From an uncultured virus (IMG/VR IMGVR_UViG_3300044972_001024) (Duplodnaviria > Heunggongvirae > Uroviricota > Caudoviricetes), in IMG/VR virus record IMGVR_UViG_3300044972_001024: 63,337 nt of DNA; one strand, 5' to 3'. The position numbers were made by a program, and so were the translations under genes. Each line of letters starts with the position of its first letter. Positions within the stretch are counted from its first letter, which is position 1. The notes beneath the pieces were generated by a model. It had not been told where the DNA came from and ran no database searches. It saw only the letters and a list, made by a program, of their open reading frames with translations. Positions 1 through 9,428 of this stretch are shown piece after piece.

Positions 1-1498
1 TATTAAACCAACGATTACTTCTAGACCAGGCATTTAAATCACGACTATTTCTATTGATTGTTATATAATCCGGATATAATGGTACCTCATTTGATTGATC
101 CCATTCTTTATCGTCCCAATTATAATAATCCCAAGGATAATATGATCCTGGATCATCGCTTTCTACACTACGAAAATCATTAACTAATAATAGATTGATT
201 GCAGTACCTACACCTTCAACATAATATTCATTATTTTGATATGTTGATGGGACTGTAGATCCTTCAAATATAACTTTAAGACCATTGATAAATGTAACAC
301 CATTTGGACTTGTATAATTTGTCTTACCTAAAATTTGATCAATGTTAATACTATTAGTAGTATTATTTTCTATTAAATTAATAACACCAACATTAAGTGG
401 ATTTGACCCATCTTGATAATATAATGTATCTAATACTGCCGAAAGATATGGTATCAATTGAATTGTACCGGTACCATCACGATAGAATGTTCTACCAACA
501 TATGTAGTACCGCTAGTTACTGTAATTTTTTGAGAATCTGGAATTCCAGTACTTAATGTTAATGTAACGATATCAGTTATTGAATTTACTGATATTGAAT
601 AAAAATTAATTTGTGAACTTGATTCACCATTATCATAGAACATTAATGTTCTACCATTTAACTGAGTTACACCATCAATATTTCCAATTGATGTCGATGT
701 TTGACCGTTAATTTCTGCATATGTTAGTGTAGAAACAATATCAACTGTATTGTTTCCGGGCAAATCATATTGTGATTGAGCATCTTTTAATGGAACTTCA
801 AACGTAACAGTGCCAATGGAATCTCCATTATTTAATACTCCTAATACATCTCTAGTACTAGTATTAGAACTTGCACCATATCCAGAAGTTCCTGGAACAC
901 CTTGAATCCAGAATTGTGATGATTGATTTACTTCAAATGTATATGTACCACCACGTAACAATGTTATAGATGGATTTTTTTGTACTGAATCATTAATTGT
1001 ATATCCAGTATCACTGTAGGATACAATATAATTGTCTGATAGATAAATTGTGTTGGTTGATACAGTTACGGCATCTGGACCATATGGTAACCAATAATAT
1101 TGACTATAGTTAACAATCTTATCTAGATCAGCAAAACTATCCCAACTATAATATTCACTTTCAAATAATCTATTATTATTATCGGTAATTGCCCCATTAT
1201 TTTGTAAAGCATTTAACATACCAGGATAATTAATAAAATCTTTTGCAGTTTGAGTATCAGTTTTTAAGAATACAACACTTGGATTCAATTGATAATCATA
1301 GCGGATTTTTGATGGTTCAACTACATAACGATCAGTTGGGTTAATAGAATAGCCATATTTTTGACCAATAAATCCTTCAACTCTACGTAGATCAGGTTGT
1401 TGTACCAACTGATCTAATGTTGCGGCAAGAAACTGAGCATTACTGTCAGTTCTAAAAACTTCAGGAAGAAAATCAAGTGACCGAATTTTTGTTGCCAT
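1..1498 (-). CDS. Large virion structural/baseplate-associated protein, N-terminal part; runs off the window (not in ORF track)
   Basis: ATG at 1498 reads MATKIRSLDFLPEVFRTDSNAQFLAATLDQLVQQPDLRRVEGFIG..; frame appears open to the window edge; GATAAATA motif upstream (1527-1534); follows the gp6-like gene. Confidence 0.75.
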   Translation of the reverse strand, partial: MATKIRSLDFLPEVFRTDSNAQFLAATLDQLVQQPDLRRVEGFIGQKYGYSINPTDRYVVEPSKIRYDYQLNPSVVFLKTDTQTAKDFINYPGMLNALQNNGAITDNNNRLFESEYYSWDSFADLDKIVNYSQYYWLPYGPDAVTVSTNTIYLSDNYIVSYSDTGYTINDSVQKNPSITLLRGGTYTFEVNQSSQFWIQGVPGTSGYGASSNTSTRDVLGVLNNGDSIGTVTFEVPLKDAQSQYDLPGNNTVDIVSTLTYAEINGQTSTSIGNIDGVTQLNGRTLMFYDNGESSSQINFYSISVNSITDIVTLTLSTGIPDSQKITVTSGTTYVGRTFYRDGTGTIQLIPYLSAVLDTLYYQDGSNPLNVGVINLIENNTTNSINIDQILGKTNYTSPNGVTFINGLKVIFEGSTVPSTYQNNEYYVEGVGTAINLLLVNDFRSVESDDPGSYYPWDYYNWDDKEWDQSNEVPLYPDYITINRNSRDLNAWSRSNRWFN

Positions 1499-1526
1499 TT
1501 TTTATATTATCCATTACTGTATCTAC

Positions 1527-1534
1527 TATTTATC
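1527..1534 (-). promoter_or_regulatory. Putative late promoter GATAAATA
   Basis: Resembles T4 gp55-dependent TATAAATA; intergenic; recurs upstream of structural genes. Confidence 0.65.
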
Positions 1535-1581
1535 ACTACAAAAAACGACTAATTTATCTATATCAGTCAGAAAAATTTAAA

Positions 1582-4500
1582 TTACATTGTTCTTTGTAAA
1601 GCCGATGGAGTCAATGCACTAATTACAATAATATCATTAGCCGTGGCACCGTTACAGAAAATTTCGCTTGGGCCGCTTAAAATCTCATATAAATCACCAA
1701 ATGATTGATTAGGATTAGCAGGTACTAATACTACTGAACTAATTAATGATCCCAATTGAACATGTAGATAGGCCGTAAGTTCACTGAAGTAGAAAGTATC
1801 ACCAAAATCCCAATTATTAATTGTAAAATAACTATTAAGCGCAGCCAAAACACTACTACGAATTTGACTATCACTAACAGTTGTTGTAGGATTTTTAATA
1901 ACTTTAATTGTTCCTCGTAATGCAGGAGCAGCTTTTGTTCCAAATAATGGTTTGAAGTTTACACTATTTAAAATCACACTATCACTGATCATTTTATAAC
2001 TATCTAATTCTCCATAAGCCTGTTGAAGTTCTTGAATAGTTGGTTTAGGTGGTAAAGGAACAGTTCCAGTACTATCATTAAGCCAATTTTGAAACTGAGT
2101 ATAATATGATTGTGTAACCAAATACAAATCAATGATGTTTGTAGTGGCCGGATCAATTCTTGTAGTATTGTCACTATTATGACGATATTGAAAGTTAATT
2201 CCACCACGTCCTCTAGTAACCGTATATGATGAACTAACATCATTTAAAATGAGAACTGGAGGTTGTGTTCCAGGAACAACAACAGATTGATAGAAAGTTG
2301 GAACTGGATTAGTAATGCTTCCATTGATGCAATAGAATAATGTTTCAGTAGGATATTCATATATTACATTTAAAACTTGATTTTGAGTTGAATAGGCATA
2401 TATCACTGAACCAACTGGTAAAACTTGAGTTCTATATAAATCATTAATATCGGAAAATATTTTAAAAAATACATAAGCAGTTGAACTTGAACCAACTATA
2501 GTATTAAAAAAATCAGGATCATATGTGTAACCACTAATTAAATTAATACTACTTACTGTAATTTGATAATCATCTGGCATTCCATCACTTTGTGCTGGTT
2601 GTCCAGTGACATTTAAAATGTAATCTTCACCTAGTGTACTGGTATTAGTAGAATTGGAATTTGTTTTAAATATATTTACAAAATCAGAAAATACTTGACC
2701 ACTACGTTGATCATATACTCGTTGTGTTCCATCGAATGTAAATCTAACTTGATCTACAGATGCAAAATAATAGTTAACATTTTTAATAGTGACAAGATAT
2801 GAATTATTAATACTATCACTAACAAATTTAACAAAGTAATCAGTTGAAGTTGGATTAGTAGGTATTGGTTGTACAATAGACCAACGTTCTTGATTAATTA
2901 AAATACTATTATCATAGTTAAGTGCAAAATCTTGTTTGAGATTTATCAAATCAAGAATTTGTGTAGTCAAAACAGTGTTGAAAGTATTATCAAATTGAGG
3001 AATTATTCCAGTTGGTATTGATTGATCCGGATCTAAATATGCTCCCGTTGGTATATATGAATTTAATGTAACTGGTCCAATGCCCGTAGACAAATTACCA
3101 TCTCCAAAATTATAACCATCTCCTATAACTCCATTTACACCAACCCATATACTGGTATGATCACCGTTGTTGTAATTTGGAATACCTTGTTGTAATCTGT
3201 TATTAACATCAAAATAAAATCCTGGTGGACTTACAAATTTAAGTTGTGCACCCTGAGTAATATATCTCATTGAATATGTACTGTAAGTTCCCAAAGATAT
3301 TGGTATATTAACACCAGATGATAATTTTACGTAAAAATATCCAGTTACATTTGATCCATCAAGTGTAGTTTCATTCCAATAACATCTATGATCATCTGAT
3401 TCTGGTCCTGGATAATATCCAGTATATCTTGGATAATATTCTTGATAATATTGAATAGTTGGTGAACTGCTTAAAAATGATGGTAAAGTTATTGATAGAA
3501 ATTCAATTGCAAAATTAATATTTTGAGTTGAGAATGTCACATTTTTATCTAATTGATCAGTATATAATGCACCATCATCAGCAAATACGTTAGTACTACT
3601 ATATTTTCCAGTTGGATCTAATAGATCAATATTTCTACTTACACCAATACTACTACGATTAAGAGCCGAACTTTTGATAATACTATTGTATAAAGTAAAT
3701 GGGAAATTACTATAATCTTCTCCATTAACCATACGATTTTGAGTATAATAACGTGCTGGTGCACGTTCTTTAATATTAAGTATACTTTCACGAGCTTGAG
3801 CCGTACTATTAACTGTTTGTAAACTAAATGTTATTGTTAATATTTCATTTGTATTTTGACGACTTACATATGGAATATTAACTACAATTCCATTCATTTC
3901 ACTTGGATCAATACTATAGGTTAATGAATTTCCAGCTCTTACATAAGCTCTATAATTGCCAACTGGAATTTCTCCAAATACACCATCTCCAAATACATAA
4001 CTTACTTGATCATTGGTTCTTGATACTACACTGAATATTGAATTTAAACTATTTACTTGACTATTGTAATTAGTTGTAAAAATATTATCAACTAAATTCC
4101 ATTGATCACCGTTGGTACCATCATTGTTTACTTTATATAACCAGGTATCAGTATTATTAATACCAGGTATATCTACGTTTTGAAAATTATTTTGAATTTT
4201 TTCAGCAAAATAAAAATCATAACTTTGTAATGTACCTTGTTTAAAATAGAAGAAAAATCCAGTATTTGGACTACCATATCCTAACTTATCATTACGATAT
4301 ACCATATTAAATTGACCATTTGGGGCTGGTGATAATTCATATAGATAATCTTTATTGATGCTAGTGACACTAACTAATTCAAAATTAGTTAATACTCCGT
4401 TTACTTGAGTTATATATGGAACCACTGGATTTTGATTTGGTATAATATTTACAGTATATTCTTCTGTTTGAATTCCAAGAATATCTTGACTATTTCCTGG

Positions 4501-5016
4501 ACGACCAACACGTTGACTATTAACATATGTAGCATTTAAAATAGTATTAAATTGTTCTTGCCAGTTGGAATTTGCCGAGTCATTCCACAATACAGTATTA
4601 TTTCCTAAACTAACTCCATTGATATCAAATATACTTTCTGTAGTACTAACGGCAGTTAGTTTCACTAAACCATTGGCTTCTGTATTACGTTTTGGGTTAT
4701 AACTAACTAAGTTTGCTAATTTTATAACAGAATCTCTACGTTCTGCCGTATCAATAAAGTTTTCACGAGTGTTTAAATCGTCACGAAACGCTAATCCTTG
4801 ACCCATAAAGGCCATAACATCCAATAGTGCAACAAATTCACTGGATTCAATGTAATCGTTAAACGTTTCTGGATAATATATAGTCAGATAATCAATGAAG
4901 CTTTTTCGTAATGTTTCATAATCATATGATGAAAAGTCAGCCTGTCTATAAGTCTGATAGAATCTTTTCCAATCAGCCAATCCAAAAAGCGCGCTTTGGC
5001 GAGATGATGTTGCCAT
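1582..5016 (-). CDS. gp6: Baseplate wedge subunit, T4 gp6-like (extended)
   Basis: N-terminal DFSSYDYETLR..LLDVMAFMGQ..RENFIDTAERRDSVIKLA, central FGDGVFGEIP and ESILNIKERAP..QNRMVNGEDY, typical of gp6/baseplate J-like proteins; adjacent to gp25-like gene. Confidence 0.85.
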   Translation of the reverse strand: MATSSRQSALFGLADWKRFYQTYRQADFSSYDYETLRKSFIDYLTIYYPETFNDYIESSEFVALLDVMAFMGQGLAFRDDLNTRENFIDTAERRDSVIKLANLVSYNPKRNTEANGLVKLTAVSTTESIFDINGVSLGNNTVLWNDSANSNWQEQFNTILNATYVNSQRVGRPGNSQDILGIQTEEYTVNIIPNQNPVVPYITQVNGVLTNFELVSVTSINKDYLYELSPAPNGQFNMVYRNDKLGYGSPNTGFFFYFKQGTLQSYDFYFAEKIQNNFQNVDIPGINNTDTWLYKVNNDGTNGDQWNLVDNIFTTNYNSQVNSLNSIFSVVSRTNDQVSYVFGDGVFGEIPVGNYRAYVRAGNSLTYSIDPSEMNGIVVNIPYVSRQNTNEILTITFSLQTVNSTAQARESILNIKERAPARYYTQNRMVNGEDYSNFPFTLYNSIIKSSALNRSSIGVSRNIDLLDPTGKYSSTNVFADDGALYTDQLDKNVTFSTQNINFAIEFLSITLPSFLSSSPTIQYYQEYYPRYTGYYPGPESDDHRCYWNETTLDGSNVTGYFYVKLSSGVNIPISLGTYSTYSMRYITQGAQLKFVSPPGFYFDVNNRLQQGIPNYNNGDHTSIWVGVNGVIGDGYNFGDGNLSTGIGPVTLNSYIPTGAYLDPDQSIPTGIIPQFDNTFNTVLTTQILDLINLKQDFALNYDNSILINQERWSIVQPIPTNPTSTDYFVKFVSDSINNSYLVTIKNVNYYFASVDQVRFTFDGTQRVYDQRSGQVFSDFVNIFKTNSNSTNTSTLGEDYILNVTGQPAQSDGMPDDYQITVSSINLISGYTYDPDFFNTIVGSSSTAYVFFKIFSDINDLYRTQVLPVGSVIYAYSTQNQVLNVIYEYPTETLFYCINGSITNPVPTFYQSVVVPGTQPPVLILNDVSSSYTVTRGRGGINFQYRHNSDNTTRIDPATTNIIDLYLVTQSYYTQFQNWLNDSTGTVPLPPKPTIQELQQAYGELDSYKMISDSVILNSVNFKPLFGTKAAPALRGTIKVIKNPTTTVSDSQIRSSVLAALNSYFTINNWDFGDTFYFSELTAYLHVQLGSLISSVVLVPANPNQSFGDLYEILSGPSEIFCNGATANDIIVISALTPSALQRTM

Positions 5017-5017
5017 G

Positions 5018-5149
5018 TTATTCTTCCGTCCTTAAAATTTTCCATGAACGTTCATCTAAAGTCAATGAAGTAAATCCTATATAAACTTTATTATTTACAA
5101 TATTAGTTGCTTTATAGATCGTGTAAACACACATTATATTAATGTCCAT
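5018..5149 (-). pseudogene. Truncated GIY-YIG homing endonuclease remnant (43 aa)
   Basis: Manual translation MDINIMCVYTIYKATNIVNNKVYIGFTSLTLDERSWKILRTEE*: IY-x10-YIG motif plus downstream R, then immediate end. Confidence 0.75.
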
Positions 5150-5160
5150 GGAATATCATA

Positions 5161-5168
5161 TATTTATC
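5161..5168 (-). promoter_or_regulatory. Putative late promoter GATAAATA
   Basis: Motif match upstream of the GIY-YIG remnant and gp6-like gene. Confidence 0.6.
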
Positions 5169-5186
5169 ACAAAAAAATATCATCAG

Positions 5187-5639
5187 TTATTGAGCCAGTT
5201 GCTGAATAGACCCATCATATCGATTTAAGAAAAAATCAACTTGAGTTGCCACATTAAATGGATTAAACGCCATTTCAATTTGTAATAATACACCATTCTC
5301 TTGAACATATACACCAACACTGTTCAAGATGATTCTAGGATCTAAATTTATAACTCTACGAACTTCATCTTCAATTGCCTGTTGAGTGTCTTGTGTACTT
5401 GATTCAAACAAATAAGACCATAATGTTGTACCATAAGTTGGTTGTCCTACTTTATCCCCTTGTTTAATACTTAGAGCATTAAGTAAATCTCTAATTACTA
5501 AATTTTGATCTGAAAGCGCAAACTTTTTACCTATTCTCGGTTGAACAGTTATGGATCCCACTCCGCCATATACACCAGCTCTAACTAATGATAATGGTTG
5601 ATTAACGTTTTGTGTTGAAAATCCCTTATATGTTGGCAT
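5187..5639 (-). CDS. gp25: Baseplate wedge/sheath-initiator protein, gp25 (GPW) family
   Basis: YKGFST, DLLNALSIKQGDKVGQPTYGTTLWSYLFE, DPRI signature; 150 aa. Confidence 0.88.
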   Translation of the reverse strand: MPTYKGFSTQNVNQPLSLVRAGVYGGVGSITVQPRIGKKFALSDQNLVIRDLLNALSIKQGDKVGQPTYGTTLWSYLFESSTQDTQQAIEDEVRRVINLDPRIILNSVGVYVQENGVLLQIEMAFNPFNVATQVDFFLNRYDGSIQQLAQ

Positions 5640-5653
5640 TTTATTTCCTTATT

Positions 5654-8600
5654 TTATTTGTTACCATATCTAGCATTAAATTGTTCTGGCGTAAGATTTA
5701 CTACTGCCCCTTTACCATCTGCAAATATTGACGTTTTAGAAGAACTAACATTCCATCCATTTGGTGTAACTTCTGATGTAGCAGTCACTGGAGGTGGGTC
5801 CGCTGGTGGCGCTTGATTCTGATTAGATACTAACGCTTGATATTCTTTATTGGCTTTTTCTAAATCTCTTTCTAAACTTTCTATTTTATTTAAAGTAGAT
5901 AGTTTAGTAAGAAAACCAGCATCTTCTCTATTTTCTTGACGAATCTTGGCGCGAGTCTGACTTATTTGTGATTTAATATCGTTTATTTTTTGTAATAATT
6001 TAGCCTGTTGATCTAATGCTGAATCATTTGCAGTTGTTCCTTGATCTCTCACTTCCGGAGATGAAGATTTAGTAAGTGTTAGTGGGATTGGTATTCTTGG
6101 ATCTCCCATATTAACCCCAATTTTTGATGTCATATCAGTTTTACTAAAAGTTTCAACAGCCTGAATTGCCGACTTGATTTGCCCGCCCATGTTACCAAAA
6201 CTTGCTATAGCAGTTTGAATACTACTTAATATTCCATTTGCTGTTGCAGTGATTGACTTGACAATTGCGCCTGGTAGAGCAAGAACTCCATTTACTAAAC
6301 CTACCGCGGCGTTCACTGTTCCCGTTACTAAATTTGTTGCTGTATTTATAACTCCAGTAACAAGTCCAGTGGCTGTATTAACAACTCCGCCTACAACACC
6401 AGTAACGACATTAGTAGTATTATTAACTAAGTTTCCAACTAACCCAGTTGGATTAGATAATGAATTTGATGCTGTTGTAGAACCAGTTACTGTACTAGCG
6501 GAAGAAGTAATACTATTCTTAACATTGTTGACAACATTTGTATTACCTTCACTGACAGTATTAACGATTGATCCAGAACCCCCAGGTAATGAGTTTATTC
6601 CGCTATTAAGTGTTGTTGCAGGACCCGTAAATATATTTGAAATAGTAGATGTGGCAGATTTAACTGCATTACTAACTCCAGATATAACAGAATCTACTCC
6701 ACCAGTTATAATTCCTAATGATGCACTAGCCGCTTTCTTTCTAGCGTCAGATAATTCTGATTCAGCAGAACTTAATACAATTGAGTTTATATCATCTGGA
6801 TTATTTCTATATGCAGCTCTAGCATCATCATATTTAGATTGTGCTAAATCCAATGCAGCCTGTGAGGATTCATATTTCGCGCCGGGAGTTGTCAAATCAG
6901 TAACACTACTAGCATTACCTTTTCCGCCTAATATATTTGGAGTATTAGCAGTAAGATTCTTAAATGATGCTTCTACCGTTTTGAAGGCACCTCTTAATGT
7001 ACTTTCTAGTCCAGTTACTAAACCAGATAAACTTTTTCCTAAATTATCAACACTAGTTGAAATGGCTCCAGAGACACTATTAGCTAATCCAGTAACTCCA
7101 TTACTAATACTATCACTTAATTGTCCGGCAAATTTACCTCCAGCCATCATATCTGATATTTTACTGGAGGCCGTTGAAATTCCACCAGCAATAGCGGTTA
7201 CTGTCCCAATTGTTCCAGTTATAACATTGGTAACTCCCTGTGCAATTCCAGTAACTGTTCCTACAGTACCATTAACTATTCCGGTAACAGCGTTAACACC
7301 AAAATTAGAAGAGGCTAATACTAATCCTCCAGCCTGACCAGCACTTTCTGTACCAGTTAATATTCCAGAATTTACTAAACTTGTAGCAGAATTATTGATA
7401 CTACCAGCAATAATTTGAGTTTGAACTTTAACATTAGTTAATAATTTATAAGCGTCAGTGGCACCAAGATTACCAGTTACTAAACCTTGTATTGCTTTAT
7501 CCATTGGCATACCTTGAGCAAGTCTAGTTTGAAGTAATTCTTGCGAACCAGGTTTTATTGCCATACCAGGACCACATGCTTGTTCTAACGTTAAACCCCC
7601 TGGTCCATCAAGAACTCCATTTGCTCGTTTAGAATTTGATGAAGGTTCAAAAGGAGAAACTGACTGGCCATTTTCAGTTATTGTTTCATTTAATACAAAC
7701 ATTAATGGCATTAATGTAACTGGAGAGACAACTGCTGATGTTCCGGTTCCTTTAATTGCTTTTGCCGGAGGTGCACCACTAGGTAATGTACTGTTAGAGG
7801 CAGCATTTTGTCCAGTAAGAGCAGTAACTGCCGATCCATTAAGATCAGGTATGATGCTTCCCTTTTGTGGTGGTACCGTACTAGTAATAGCAGCATTTGT
7901 AGGACTTTTTGGCACACTAGGAGTGTTATTATTTACTTGAGCAACCGCTGGAGTGGTTGTCGAAGTACTACTATTAGTACTGCTAGAAACACTAACATCA
8001 ACACCTTTTCCACTTGCAATCCAAGGCATATGAGTTGGTGCTCTACTGGTAACCGATAGTAAAGCATTTGGACTTGGATACATCCATCCTTTTTCTGTAC
8101 TATACGTTGTATCTGGGTGATTAACTTTTGGTATTACTGGAACTTCAGCTGGTGTTGTACCACCATTTCCGCTGTTTAAATATATCTTTTTTCCATTTAC
8201 ATACGTAGATCCACTACCAGCTAAACTAGTAGAACCGCCACCAAACAATGCCAGATCACTACCACTTTTAACTGTATAATTTGAACTAGCATATTGACTA
8301 AAATTGGCACCGCTTCTGATATTCATATCATTATCAGATTCCATGTTTAGATTTTTACCATATAATGTAAAGTTTCTATTGGCATGTAAATTCAAATCAC
8401 GATCTGCATGTAAGTTAAGATCACCTTGAGTTCTAATGTTAACTGAGTTAGAGGCATACATATCAACCGTACCTTCTTTACCCAATTCTACCCAACTTTG
8501 ACCATTAGCGTGAATGATAAACAATGATTGAGAACTATCATTCATCATTATCATATGACCACTGGCGGTTCTAATTCTTGTTAATTGATCTTGTCCCTGT

Positions 8601-9427
8601 AAATCACCATCGTCCATAACAAAACTATGACCGCCGGTTCTACCAATCACATCTAATTTTGTTGGATTAGATGACTCGGTGGCTGCAGTTTTGATAGTAC
8701 TGTTATTATATCCACCTTCATATATTGGCCCGCCGGGAGTACTGATGCCAAATACTTTACTAGGTGTTTCTCGTTGAGCACTACTACTGATAACTCCACG
8801 CGCATTGTCTCTAATTAGACCCTGTTGAAATAATATTGCTGCTTGATAACTATGCACTGGTTTTGGATCAGTTACTATAGTACCACTATTCTTAATATTA
8901 GGATTAGTTGTGTTTACTTCTCCGGCCGGTAATCTATCCGCCCCACCATATGTTTTAGCTTCTCCGTCATTAGGGACAATTACTTTACTACTACCAAGTG
9001 CTGGTGTCATACTAAGTAAACCGGCCTGAGGAACACAACCCAAATAAAATCCGTTTTGAGTATCACCATCAACAAATATACAAAGAACTTGAGTGCCAAT
9101 TTCTGGTGCACCTGACCAAAATCCAAAACTTTGAGGATTACCAACAAACTTTCCGTAACCTTCTGCTGACCCGCCTTCTGCTGGATTATTTCCTGGTCCC
9201 GATACTCCATAAAATGGACTCAAATAACTAACTGTAATCCAACTTTTATTGTCATTAGGATCACTACCACCAAATTTTGCAATATATACTTGAACTCTTC
9301 CGCTATGTGATGGGTCAACGTTATTTTTAACTATTCCAATAACTGCCTCGGAAATAAGTGTGGCGCCGCCACGATCACTTTGATAATTATTAGGGGACCC
9401 TGTTCGTTGTTGGGTATCTTGTGCCAT
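5654..9427 (-). CDS. gp5: Baseplate central spike/hub, gp5/VgrG-like, with long low-complexity C-terminal extension
   Basis: OB-fold-type GIVKNNVDPSHSGRVQV..PEIGTQVLCIF; RTGGHSFVMDD/RTASGHMIMMND beta-helix entry; NLHADRDLNLHANR repeats; NGKKIYLNSG; next to gp25. Confidence 0.8.
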   Translation of the reverse strand: MAQDTQQRTGSPNNYQSDRGGATLISEAVIGIVKNNVDPSHSGRVQVYIAKFGGSDPNDNKSWITVSYLSPFYGVSGPGNNPAEGGSAEGYGKFVGNPQSFGFWSGAPEIGTQVLCIFVDGDTQNGFYLGCVPQAGLLSMTPALGSSKVIVPNDGEAKTYGGADRLPAGEVNTTNPNIKNSGTIVTDPKPVHSYQAAILFQQGLIRDNARGVISSSAQRETPSKVFGISTPGGPIYEGGYNNSTIKTAATESSNPTKLDVIGRTGGHSFVMDDGDLQGQDQLTRIRTASGHMIMMNDSSQSLFIIHANGQSWVELGKEGTVDMYASNSVNIRTQGDLNLHADRDLNLHANRNFTLYGKNLNMESDNDMNIRSGANFSQYASSNYTVKSGSDLALFGGGSTSLAGSGSTYVNGKKIYLNSGNGGTTPAEVPVIPKVNHPDTTYSTEKGWMYPSPNALLSVTSRAPTHMPWIASGKGVDVSVSSSTNSSTSTTTPAVAQVNNNTPSVPKSPTNAAITSTVPPQKGSIIPDLNGSAVTALTGQNAASNSTLPSGAPPAKAIKGTGTSAVVSPVTLMPLMFVLNETITENGQSVSPFEPSSNSKRANGVLDGPGGLTLEQACGPGMAIKPGSQELLQTRLAQGMPMDKAIQGLVTGNLGATDAYKLLTNVKVQTQIIAGSINNSATSLVNSGILTGTESAGQAGGLVLASSNFGVNAVTGIVNGTVGTVTGIAQGVTNVITGTIGTVTAIAGGISTASSKISDMMAGGKFAGQLSDSISNGVTGLANSVSGAISTSVDNLGKSLSGLVTGLESTLRGAFKTVEASFKNLTANTPNILGGKGNASSVTDLTTPGAKYESSQAALDLAQSKYDDARAAYRNNPDDINSIVLSSAESELSDARKKAASASLGIITGGVDSVISGVSNAVKSATSTISNIFTGPATTLNSGINSLPGGSGSIVNTVSEGNTNVVNNVKNSITSSASTVTGSTTASNSLSNPTGLVGNLVNNTTNVVTGVVGGVVNTATGLVTGVINTATNLVTGTVNAAVGLVNGVLALPGAIVKSITATANGILSSIQTAIASFGNMGGQIKSAIQAVETFSKTDMTSKIGVNMGDPRIPIPLTLTKSSSPEVRDQGTTANDSALDQQAKLLQKINDIKSQISQTRAKIRQENREDAGFLTKLSTLNKIESLERDLEKANKEYQALVSNQNQAPPADPPPVTATSEVTPNGWNVSSSKTSIFADGKGAVVNLTPEQFNARYGNK

Positions 9428-9428
9428 G

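Noticed and set aside
6249..7337. 362-aa + strand ORF antisense to the gp5-like gene
   Set aside because: Shadow of low-complexity Gly/Val/Thr/Ser codons; no RBS, promoter or domain motif
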